Assembly: GCA_964016885.1 (NCBI GenBank)
Contig: OZ024752.1
Span: forward strand, 29,574,001-29,638,000
Reading direction: 5' to 3'
Source of the DNA: Eledone cirrhosa
Lineage: Eukaryota
DNA length: 64,000 nucleotides
The notes beneath the pieces are model-generated. The model did not search any database. It had not been told where the DNA came from and saw only the letters and a list, made by a program, of their open reading frames with translations. Below, one piece after another: positions 39,475 to 50,690 of this stretch. The number at the start of each line of letters is the position of its first letter. Positions within the stretch are counted from its first letter, which is position 1. Made by a program: the position numbers and the translations under genes.

Positions 39475-39812
39475 TCATCATCATTTCATTTTTACGTCCG
39501 CTTTTCCCTGCTTGCAAGGGTGGGACGGGAACTGATTCTGGCTTGATTTCTACAGCTGGATGCCCTTCCTAACACCAACCTCATTTACAGTGAGTGCTGG
39601 GTGCTTTTTTGCCGTGGCACCTCCACGACCACTTTGCAGTGGAATGATAGGGACCCCAGTCCCTATCATCTCATTTCTACAGCTGAGTAAACTGGAGCAA
39701 TGTGATATAAAGTGTCTTGCTCAAGGAAACAACACATCACACGGTCTGAGAATTGAACTCACAACCGTTTGATTGCAAGGCCAATGCTCTAACCACTAAG
39801 CCATGTGCCTCC
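39475..39812 (-). mobile_element. Full-length SINE family C
   Basis: A-box, B-box, CORE-like region and RTE-type tail. Confidence 0.9.
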
Positions 39813-39961
39813 ATAGATATGATAAAAGCTTGACTTATTCATGTTGTTGTTGTTTAACACTAGGCCAGCTCAGATCCAGGAGACCTATGTATGATTAAAG
39901 GTATTTCATCTCTAACCATCCATATTTGGTTTTCCCTATATTATCTTATATTTATAAATAT

Positions 39962-40271
39962 AGGCGGCGAATTGGCAGAGTTGTTAGAACATTGGATAGA
40001 ATGCTTTATGGTATTTGTTCTGGCTCTCTTATCTCTGAGTTCAAATCCAGCTAAGGTCAACTTTGCCTTCCATCCTTTCGAAGTCAATTAAAAAAAGTAC
40101 CAGTCTAGTACTGGGGTCGATTCTTCCTCTCTCTGGAAGAAATCTGTTGTACTCAGGCCTGGAGAGGGATGGGCTCCACCAGGTTTAAAATGTCCAAGAA
40201 ATGCTGTATGCTAATACGGTGCCCCTACAACTCTATTGGGAGTTATGGGACCATACGTCTTATATTTAAAT
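39962..40271 (+). mobile_element. SINE family B (right arm of an inverted pair)
   Basis: ggcggagaattggcagagttgttag..gagttcaaatcc..gagttatgggaccata. Confidence 0.88.
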
Positions 40272-40687
40272 CAGTAGTGAGTGATTTGAGGGATATTTGG
40301 CTGCTTGCTATTTCCACAGGATCAAGAAAGTGCACAGAGACTCCCTCATTGGCTCAGCTCCTTTATATCAATGCTAGGGTTGGGGAGTGTGTGGTAAGAA
40401 ACATTTATGTGGTGAGTTAATAGTTTAAACAAATCATATAACACTTCCTGTTTTGCTTCTTTTTCATATTCCTGCTACTCTTGTTGCTATTTTTGATATA
40501 TTTATGGTTATTGATATTGTTGATATTAACTAGAGTGGTTAATGGTAAGTAGCAAAGTAGCAATGAGCAGAACTAAATGTCTTACAGTATTTGGGTCTGT
40601 CCCTTTATGTTCCAAGTAAAAAAGTAAAAACGCCCTGCTGAGACCAACTTTGCTCTTCCTTCCTCACACATACACAACTAAATTTTA

Positions 40688-40725
<38 letters not shown>

Positions 40726-40732
40726 TATAATA

Positions 40733-41478
40733 ATCCCGCTGAGGTTAACTTTGCCTTTCATCCTTTCAGGGTCGATAAAATAAAGTACCAGTAATACACT
40801 GGGTAATTGCTGGCCTTGTGCCAAGAGTAGAAACAATTATTATTATTATTATTATTGAGCGGTGGATTGGCAGTATTGGTAGAGTGTCAGACACCATGCT
40901 TTGTAGCATAGAGTTATGGCCCTTTACCTTCTGAGTTCAAATCCTGCCGAGATTAACTTTGCCTTTCATTCTTATAGGGTTGATAAAATAAAGCCCAGTA
41001 ATACACTAGGATAATTGCTGGCCTTGTGACTAAAGTAGAAACAATTATTATTATAATTATTATTAGGGTGTTGGATTGACAGTATCAGTAGAGCGTCAGA
41101 TACCATGCTTCACGGCAGAGAGTTACAGCCCTTTATGTTCTGAGTTCACATTCCGCCAAGGTTAGCTTTGCCTTTCATCCTTATGGGGTTGATAGGATAA
41201 AGTACCAGTAATGCATTGGGGTTGATTTAATCGACTATTCCTTTAATCCAAAATTATTGGTCTGGTGCCTAAAGCAGAAACCATGATTGGTGAATTGGCA
41301 GTATCGGTAGAGGGTCGGACATGCTTTCCAGCATAGTTACGTCCCTTTACGATCTGAGTTCAAATCCGGTCGAGGTTAACTTTGCCTTTCATCCTTACGG
41401 GGTCGATAAATAAAGTACCAGTAATGTACTGAGTAATTGCTGGCCTTGTGCCAAAAATAGAAACAATTATTATTATTT
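40733..41478 (+). mobile_element. Head-to-tail cluster of four SINE family A copies
   Basis: Copies start at about 40733 (truncated), 40858, 41065 and 41288, mostly separated by (TTA)n tails. Confidence 0.9.
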
Positions 41479-41756
41479 TTTTTTTTCTGTAAAATTTTCT
41501 GTAGCAAGGAAAATTTAATTTCAATACACTTTTTTACACTCTTTTTTAACACTCTTTACCTGTTTAACAATAACAACGACAATACTAACAACAACAACAT
41601 CATCGCAAAAGAGCAATGACATACAAGATAAAGTACCAAATATAGAAAATTGAAAGGTTTATGCCTGTAGCATTTGACAGATAACAGATTTGGTATGGTG
41701 GAGGAGTTTGAACATCATTAGAGAACAAAAAAAAAAAAGAAAAAAGAAATTCTTGC

Positions 41757-41879
41757 CTGTAAGCTGCTAGTGATATCATCTAGTAGATTGTTACTCTGTG
41801 GTTCCTCAGAAGATTCTTGTCTTAGAGTTGATAGAGAAGAGGAGGAGGTTGATGGTAAAGTCATGTTATTATCATTGGT
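41757..41879 (-). CDS. Candidate 123-bp Ser-rich exon (TNDNNMTLPSTSSSSLSTLRQESSEEPQSNNLLDDITSSLQ)
   Basis: Acceptor ctatttcacAG, 41 stop-free codons, phase 0/0, non-canonical donor CAG|GCAAGA. Phase-compatible with the exon starting at 12273. Confidence 0.5.
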
Positions 41880-42084
41880 CTGTGAAATAGAGTCATGAAA
41901 TTAGAAGGATTAAATATTAACATCAGTTGAAAATTATCTTGTCTAACAAAGTTCTTTATTATAGAAATGTCTATGAAGTTACTTGCAGAAGTGACAGATA
42001 CTTTCATACACATATATACATACAGAATTAGGTTGAAGAGGACTGACTTATTTGTATGTCTTCATGTATGTGTGTGTGTGTGTA

Positions 42085-42390
42085 TGTGGTTAGGGTATTC
42101 AGCTCACAATCGGAAGGCCATGAGTTCGATTCCTGGTGGCATGTTGTGACCTTGAGCAAGAGACTTTATTTTCCCATTGCTCCAGCTGGCAAAAATGAGT
42201 TGTACCTATAATTCAAAAGGGCAGCCTTGTCACATTCTGTGTCATGCTGAATCTCCCTGAGAACTAGGTTAAGGGTATGCATGTCTGTGGAATGCTCAGC
42301 CACTTCCATGTTAATTTCATGAGCAGGCTGTTCTATTGATTGGATCAACTGCAACACTTGTTATAATTGACGGAGTGCCTCTATGATGTA
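42085..42390 (+). mobile_element. CORE-like SINE (another family)
   Basis: tggttagggtattcagctcacaatcggaag..gagttcgattcc..gttgtgaccttgagcaag. Confidence 0.75.
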
Positions 42391-42449
42391 TGTATGTATG
42401 TATGTATGTATGTATGTATGTATGTATGTATGTATGTATGTATGTATGG

Positions 42450-43045
42450 TGTCAGGTTTTGTTTTTTGTCCTGCAGGGTGTCCAAAATCCTCCTCCTCGC
42501 CAAGTAAACTTGGTGGGGTTGCCGGTTTAGTCAATGGCCATCCAAAAATATGTAAATATGTATATACATGTATGCCTGTGTATGTATGTATGTATGCATA
42601 TATATATGTATATACATGTATTCCTGTGTATGTATGTATGCATATATATATATATATATGTATATACATGTATGCATGTGTATGCATATGTGTGGGGACA
42701 TAGAAATAATCGGGCTGGTTACCCAATCGCATGGTTAAACTACTGGGAGTGAAGGACCCCTAGCCTTTGTTAGGGTATTCTTCTAGGAGAAGGCAACTCA
42801 GAAAACTGGGATAACTCCGACATAAAACCTGCGGCTCAGTAGTTACCGATGATGTTGACCTCTTCTTCTTTTCGGGTTATAGCTACTGTCGCTCAGAGAG
42901 TGGGATTGGCTCAGTGCACAGTCTTTCCTCACTTTGAAAAGAATCTTCATGCATAGGCATTGCACGATAGAATTAATTGATAGTTATTAATAATGTTATA
43001 TCGTGCAATGGCCAAACTCGATAACGAGGGGGCAGCCATCATCAT
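42450..43045 (+). mobile_element. Non-autonomous retroelement copy with an inverted 5' segment
   Basis: 42450-42530 is the reverse complement of the element's 5' part as seen at 33715-33790 and 52280-52360. The remainder is forward. Confidence 0.7.
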
Positions 43046-43555
43046 GTATGGTGTATGTATGTATGGGCATGTGAGATGTATGTGTTTGTATGTATGTTTG
43101 TGCATGCATGTATATATGTGTATATGTATATGTTTGTGTGTATGTGAATGATATTTATAATGTCATCAAAATAAGATGTTATTAGTTAAAGCCATGGAAG
43201 GATGTTTAAAGTTTTGTTACATGACATAGGAAATAGCAGATAGATAGAGAACAGCTTAAATATTATAGAAAACATATAATCACAGAACTGATGTCAGTTT
43301 GTAACTGTGAAGCAACAACAAACATATGTAGATAGTAACCTAATGTGACTATATATACTCTAATAATGATAAACATATGAGCAGTGAGATTAATTTAGAG
43401 AAAAACAAAAACAAAACATTTGTTTATTCAATTTTCTATGTCAAGGTATTGTAGCAAGCTTCCCACACCTGTAGTTTATATCCTATGAAATTTGACCCCC
43501 CCCATAAGAAAAAAATACAAATAGAATAAATATTATTGGCCTAATATTTTATCAT

Positions 43556-44290
43556 TAACCCGTTAGCATTTACATTACTCCTTTGGAAGACCCTACATGG
43601 ACACACTAGAAGAGGAAGACCAAGGTTAACGTATGTTGATGCCCTAAGGACAGACACTGGTCTGTTGGAAATGCAGGACATGGCACCGATAATGAGGGAC
43701 AGAGACCGCTGGAGAGAACTCGTCCATGGATCTCGGGAATTTTACCCACCTTAGAATTACTCTATATTTACTATTGTATTTTCACAGTAAAGGCTTTATC
43801 TCATATCAGGTTTGTGGTTGTGTCCCTAGCAGTGGACTTCTGGTGTCCTTGACCCTAGGGCTACCTCTCTACTTACCACCATAGGCACTGAGCTGGCCAG
43901 CTACAGGTGTGAGCCTTGCCAGGTGGGATGGTTCTTCCAGTGCATTTCTTTTACCATCCTCTGGGGAAACGCCTTTTCCATTCTGTCTGTGAGGCAGCCA
44001 GCATGTGGGATCCCATTTGCTCATAATAGAGAGAGATGGGGAGGGCGAGAGAGATGGGAGTTCGGCTTTTCCGTGTTCGGATAAATTTATCAACTCTATG
44101 TACCTCTCACCCATTAGTTTTCATTAGTGGTCAGTTCTTCAGTCCATTATCTCACACAATATCAAATCTATGAGATTTTGATATTATTTATTTTGAGAAC
44201 AATACCTTAACGCCAGTATAAGCAGCCAGTTATGGGTGGTTTGAATAGAAAGAGGTGAGAGAATCCTGGCTGAATATGGATGGTTTAAAT
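43556..44290. mobile_element. piggyBac-like MITE carrying two nested insertions
   Basis: MITE pieces at 43556-43580, 43757-43806 and 44147-44290. RTE 3' fragment (RRGRPRLTYVDALRTDTG) at 43583-43755. Dispersed repeat at 43810-44140. Confidence 0.75.
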
Positions 44291-44664
44291 GTTAAAATAA
44301 TAAATATAACATCACTGAAATAGTTTAAAAAAAAAAAAATGATATTCTGTTGTATTGTATGATGGTGGATAATGAAAAACAGATGAATGCATCCATAAAA
44401 AAGAAATATATTTTTTTCAAGAGCAAAAAGTCTAGCTTGACCTGACAAAAGGTTAAGTTGTATTATTAAGATAACAACAAATATATCTTACTTTCCAATC
44501 CTGCATCAATTATCATCCAATGAAAACAATACATATTTAACAGAACATTGTCCACACATTACTGACTCTTACATGACCTCTAGTATTTTCAGATTTCTAT
44601 TTTCAGCCAAATGAGATATAGGTTTCTTCCTTAATCTTTATTTCAACTGCCAATAAGTGGCAGC

Positions 44665-44710
<46 letters not shown>

Positions 44711-45689
44711 AATATTGATTTCTTCCTCATTTCAATACAATTATCTCTTAATTCTCTGTAAGGATATTGTTAACAACGTGAAATTTTAAGGGTTTTTTCT
44801 CTTTTGCTTATGTACAAGCTATAAAGCTTGTTTGGATGTAATCTAGGAAAAGAAGCCATTTAAAAAGAACTGACCCATGACTGAGGAAATTTAGCTTTAA
44901 TAGAGGATATACCAGCTACTGGAATAATACAATCAAATTCAGTTATAGTTTGAGGCCAAATTTTAACTTTGATTCATACAATTCCTTCAAATAGACTATT
45001 GGGCTATTTTTAACCATCCTATAGTTCTGTTCTCTATAGGAATCTACTGTTTTTGGTTTTCTTTTTAATACACATGGTTAGAGTTTCTTTTCACAGATAA
45101 TCAGATTTTAAAAATATCTTCTCTCACACCTTTCCTAAGTGTAGACTAAATTGACATCTTAACTTTGTCTTTTAGCACCTATCATCTCGTTACAATAAGG
45201 TGATTAGTAAGTCATTTACTCTCTATTCAACATGTGACCTTGAGTTTAAAAACCAAAAAAAATTATTATTTTTTTTTTGTAACACTTTACATCGTTTTTC
45301 CATGTTAACAAGAAATGTGGTGATTTGTACTGGAACAATTGTTTTTACAGCTGACTGCTCTTCATACTAATAACTCAAACAAGAAGGAGATGTAAAGTCT
45401 GTTGCTTTGTTAGTCAGGCAAACTAGAGCAAACAGAGTTATATGCACAGTGGAAACAAGTGCCAGATTTAGGCACAAGCATGGGCTAAACAACCTACAAG
45501 CTTAGGGCTTTATAATTTACAGGTGCTTCAAAAAAATAATGAAAATGTATATGTTTTCAATTTTTGGGAGATGTTCTAATGTGATTTTTAAACAAGAAAG
45601 GGTCCTCCAGCTTTATATAGTTTAGGGTCTTACCAAGTCTAAATCTGGTATTAATAGTTCAATCTCTCGCAAAATATTCTAGTGATAGC

Positions 45690-45962
45690 ACTGACACACT
45701 CTGTTAGTGCTATCATGAATTAATAAAAGCATCCAGACTACTCTGTAAATTGGTAGTGCTGGTGACACAATAAAAAGCATCCACTCTACTCTGTAAGGTG
45801 GTTCATATTAAGAAGAGCATCCAGCTGTAGAAACCAAGCCAAAATACAGATCCATATGAGCAAGACATGGTCCCTGGATCATGACTTGTCTCATAACATG
45901 ACAACCCATCTAACCTATGCAAGCATGGAAGATGGACATTAAATGATGATGATGATGATGAA
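45690..45962 (+). mobile_element. Degenerate SINE with (GAT)n tail (family C related)
   Basis: aagagcatccagctgtagaaacc..aacctatgcaagcatggaagatggacattaaatgatg. Confidence 0.7.
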
Positions 45963-47000
45963 GCTTTCAGCAAGAATAGTTTGTTTACAAAATCTATAAG
46001 AAGGCAACATCTTTGGCACCACAATATCTTTGACCAAATGCATGTTTATGCACTGGGTAATTGCTGGCCTTGTGCCTAAAAGTAGAAACAATTATATGTA
46101 AACATATTATGTATGGATGTATATACATCTTTATTCTGAAAGAGAATATAGCTCACGGCAGAAAACAACAAAAAAAACAAAACAAAACAAAACAACAACA
46201 AAACATTTAATGATTTTATAAAGGTGGAGCTGCTACATTTAATATGGATTATCTTTATGTTGATTTCAAAGATTTTTAATGAGGAATTGAAGATAATTAA
46301 ATCAGTTATCCCAACCAAGAATGTTTGAATAATAATTTTTTTCTAGAGTGAAACTTTTCACTACATACTAATCTCAAGTTTTGTGATAATTAATCAATTT
46401 GCATTAACAACATTTTTAAATAGAATTACCATGTTTAAAGCTGAACATTTTAACTAAAAATAGACAAACAAAAAATATATTACATCATTGTGTTGTAGCA
46501 GTCATTGATTTTTTAAAGCACAATAGAATTTGCTGAAACCCTTCAAAATTTCAATTCTTTTATAGAAATCAGTGATATTGTATAAACAGCTGGAAGTATA
46601 ATAATTGATATATTTGTTCTCAATAACTACTTGTTTATCAGAAATAGCGACATATATGACATGAGAGACTAGAAATCTTCAACAATAGAGGAGTAGAATA
46701 CTTTTCCCTAGCAACAACTATAGACTATGATTTAATTTAACTCTTTATTATCTCTACAATACTAAAATATCATTAGTTATTGATAATGAAAGAAGATGTA
46801 GGATAGATTTTCTCCCATAAGGGATACTCCCAGTTGAATATCAAGCCTCAAGTGTAGAGTGCCCTATCTTCAGTGCTAGACTTACCTTTCAGTTAAATAA
46901 GCTATAACTGAGAGCCACACACCCACGAGGGCCTCATTAAAAAAAATATATATATATTTATTCTTTAACACTAAATCATCAAACATTATATATATATATA

Positions 47001-47135
47001 GTTACGTCCCTTTACGATCTGAGTTCAAATCCCGCCGAGGTTGACTTTGCCTTTCATCCTTACGGGGTCGATAAAATAAAGTACCAGTAATGCACTGGGT
47101 AATTGCTGGCCTTGTGCCAAAAGTAGAAACAATTA
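47001..47135 (+). mobile_element. 5'-truncated SINE family A in (TA)n
   Basis: Consensus-like body and tail. Confidence 0.9.
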
Positions 47136-47154
47136 TATATATATATATATATAT

Positions 47155-48430
47155 AGTGGTAGAGTACTCAGTCCATGGGACGAATTAGGTAGAAGTAGTT
47201 ACACAACAGTTAGTTCCCCATACCGAGAACAATTGTTTCACCTTAGCGGATCCTCAGCTCATAATGGACATGGTTATATGGAACAGGAAGGACAACCGTA
47301 CGAACGCGCACGTGCAGAAACGGTCACTTCACTGAGGCAATACTAAATTGCGTGCGAGAGGTGTAAGGGACATAACTGCTAAAGTCCAAAAGTTTCTAGT
47401 TGATAAGAAAATTAGGTTGTTGTCGAAATTCAATCCGGAGCTTTGTAGTTATGTAAGAGGTGTTTCCATACATGTGGACACCATGTGAAGAATTCATTTC
47501 TTAAGTTTAGGCAATCGCTATTGCGTAATCTCTTTAGAATATTTATTCGTTCATCAATACATAGTCCCCACGACGGATTGCCCCTTGCGTATGGCTTGGA
47601 CTTAGTGATGGCTTTCCATTGAATGGAGTAGTCTATACTTGAGTCCTTGAGGGACCATACATGGCTCGCGAGTTTCGTGGATGAACGTCTGTCCGGGTAC
47701 CTAAAAGTCAACTGGGGGTTCAGGAAACGTTCCTTAAATCGGCCCTCCGCCATACCCACATAGGATTTGACCTCCTGTGGTTGATTTGGTCGGTTGGAAG
47801 TGACCACAACTTCATAAACAACAGCGGGTGTGTTGCATTGCTGTTGAAGGGGACAAGCTTCGGGCTTACGGCAAGAGCACGCTGGTGGGATGTTGCTCTT
47901 AGGGCTGTTGGTGATGTGGGCCTTCATGTTCTTAGCGCAGGAGTATCGTAGTTTTACTTTGTGTCGGTTAAAGATGGAGCGGTATTTATGACCTATGGGA
48001 AAGTGCCTATCTAAGAGGGCTAGAAATTTTTTTGCCTACATTGGTTTTAACGTTGAGTGAGAAGGGAGGAGAGAACCAGATAGTTTGTCTATTGTTACGC
48101 TTTGTTTTCTTATTGCTGTTGTTGTTATGGGAGAGTAAGTGATAGGTTGCGAGAAGCCGCTGTTAGCCAACGCCGTGTTATAGTAGGGTGCCGCCCTGTC
48201 AAAGATAGCCTTATTAGAGGAGAGGTTTGAGATTCTAGTACTGATATTATTTACGAAGTTTCTAAAAACTGTGGGAGGGTGGCATGAGTCCTTGTGAATG
48301 TAATTGAGTTTTTCGTTTAGCTTATGGAAGGGTCTGTAGGTGTGTGTGCGAAGGTCTAAATTACTGTCTAAGAAATCTACACTAGAGAGGATGGTAGCTA
48401 CTGTTATCCTAAGTCCTAACTCATTGAAGG
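47155..48430 (-). mobile_element. Penelope-like retroelement (RT C-terminus, GIY-YIG endonuclease, 3' pLTR), frameshifted
   Basis: CSCRKPEACPLQQQC..VVYEV..KSYVGMAEGRFKERF..H..STKLASHVWSLK..C..E..LNLRNE..CPH. Upstream frames carry PT..VGKKFLALLDRHFP..IFNRHKVKL.YSC and YRPFHKLNE..YIH..S.HPP. Confidence 0.9.
47225..47260 (-). ncRNA. Minimal type I hammerhead ribozyme motif in the Penelope terminus
   Basis: Minus strand gag-CTGAGGA-tccgctaaggt-GAAA-caattg-TT-ctc: core boxes, short stem I and palindromic stem III. Confidence 0.6.
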
Positions 48431-48508
48431 TAGAAGCTAAGTCTTTCTACCTTCATTGTCCATGTCATTTGCTTTGTTATTTCTGTTTGTCTTTTGCATA
48501 TACATGTA

Positions 48509-48568
<60 letters not shown>

Positions 48569-48572
<4 letters not shown>

Positions 48573-48806
48573 AAAATGTTTAACCCCGACAGCAGAACTC
48601 AAGCCATTTCAACGGCTATTTCTGGTAAGGAACCAGATGGACCATAACGCACCAGAGTACTCAATACTTAGGGTATATACAGAAATAGCCGTCGAAACGG
48701 CTTGAGCTCTGCCATCGGGGTTAAACATTTTCCTATTACCCACTCTACTACCCTACGTATTGAGTAGAGTACTCTGGTGCGTTATGGTTCATCTGGTTCT
48801 TTACCA
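48569..48806. repeat. Interleaved inverted repeats A-B-A'-B'
   Basis: A at about 48569-48624 pairs with 48680-48735; B at about 48624-48675 pairs with 48749-48806. Confidence 0.85.
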
Positions 48807-49734
48807 CACCTCCTTCGTTATATAATGTATATATATATATATTATAATCGATTGTTTGGGATCGATAACCGATTACATAAATTGATTTTAAATTACATTC
48901 TACAGGATACAAAATATCGCTATTTGGTCTCTATTGATTCCATCTTGAGTACATGTTCTTTTCTGTAATATGTGTTTAGTATATATACAATATACTGTGT
49001 GTTCTATGAATATATGGTTCTTTCTCTCTCTATATATATACATATATCTTCTACATTTGACTTATTGTTCTGGATAATGTCTATTGAACTTGTTTATTGA
49101 GAAGCATATAATTCTCACATACTTAATATGTTACATTTGTGTGTATGTATATATATATATGATTTATTCTTTATCATTAACATTAATATAAAAAATAATA
49201 ATCATGTATAATTATATTTAATTTTTTAACCCAAACCCTTTTAGAGAAGGGCCTCAACTTTGATATGCCTTAGGGCCTCAGTAGGTGTAAGTTAAGTCTG
49301 GTCCTGCTCACTTTTGACCATTTTCAAAACAGTAGGTTGTCATGGTTCAGAGGTATGTGGGACAGATACAGCTACTTTACTGGTGGTAATCTTTCTTTTA
49401 GATATTTAAGTATTTGTTAAGTATATTTAATTCATCCAAGTTTTAGGATAAAGCGACAAGTATCACATGGGTTAAAGGGATTAGATTCCTTCTTCTTATA
49501 AAAAAAAAGAGAAGAAACGAAACCTTTTCCTAAGAAGAATAGAATCTTAGAAATGCCTTTGACAGGAACAATAAAATCTTGTCAAAATTCCACAATATTA
49601 ACACCACAGCTGAAAACCTTAATTTAGTGACCTTATGTTAAAACATCCCAAAGATTTCATGGTTGGGTGTTTACTTTTCTCTTTGATTGAAATTCATACT
49701 GTTGAATAAAATATATTTCATGTTAAATAAACAG

Positions 49735-50128
49735 TCAGACCCACCATCACAAGTTTAACATACACAGCCAGACCCAGCATCACAAGTTCCATCTATACAG
49801 CCAGACCCAGCATCACAAGTTCCAACTATACAGCCAGACCCAGCATCACAAGTTCCATATATACAGCTAGATGCATCATCACAAGTTCCACACACACAAC
49901 CAGACACATCATCACAAGTTTAACATACACAACCAGACACATCATCACAAGTTTAACATACACAACCAGACACATCATCACATGTTTAACATACATAGCT
50001 AGACACATCATTACAAGTTTAACATATATAACTAGACACATCATCACAAGTTTAACATATATAGCTAGACACATCATCACAAGTTTAACATATATAGCTA
50101 GACACATCATCACAAGTTTAACATATAT
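49735..50128. repeat. 33-bp minisatellite, about 12 copies
   Basis: Unit cagacacatcatcacaagtttaacatacacaac. Confidence 0.93.
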
Positions 50129-50494
50129 TTCCCTTGTTCAGGAAAAAAAATCTATCTATCTCCCCTTCCTGTTGTGACTCGTAAAGAGTTACAGATGGCA
50201 AAGATGATTGTGGATGATTGTGGATGATTTACAGTTCTGTGTTCAAATCCTGCTCAGTTTACTTTCCTATCACAACACCAACACCAGAACCAACAAAATA
50301 TATTGAAATTGAATCTATTACTTGCATGTAATGCATGTGTGTGTTTGTACAATATATGTATTTGTACATTGTACAGTATGTGGTAGTATATGTGCTTGCA
50401 TGTTCATCTGGATATAAATATGTATTTTCATTGTCATTGATTATTGTTGTTAGTTTTACATATTGCCAGCATAAATATATAAATTTATGAATTA

Positions 50495-50690
50495 CAATTC
50501 ATACGAAAATGGATAAAAACTCGGTATAAGGAAGCTGTTAAAACAACAAAATGCCATTGAAGTGGCATTGAGTAAAACACTGTCCTTCAAGGTAATGTTT
50601 TACCCAATACTGTTTAAATGGCATTTTGCTGTTTTAACAGCTTCCTTACACCAAGTTTTTCTTTTTTTTTCTATTTTCCTATGAATTCTA
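50495..50690. repeat. Imperfect ~190-bp hairpin
   Basis: taaggaagctgttaaaacaacaaaatgccatt / aatggcattttgctgttttaacagcttcctta arms. Confidence 0.85.

Noticed and set aside
49826-50113. 11-aa repeat hydrophobic ORF
   Set aside because: Translation of the 33-bp minisatellite, with no supporting gene structure.
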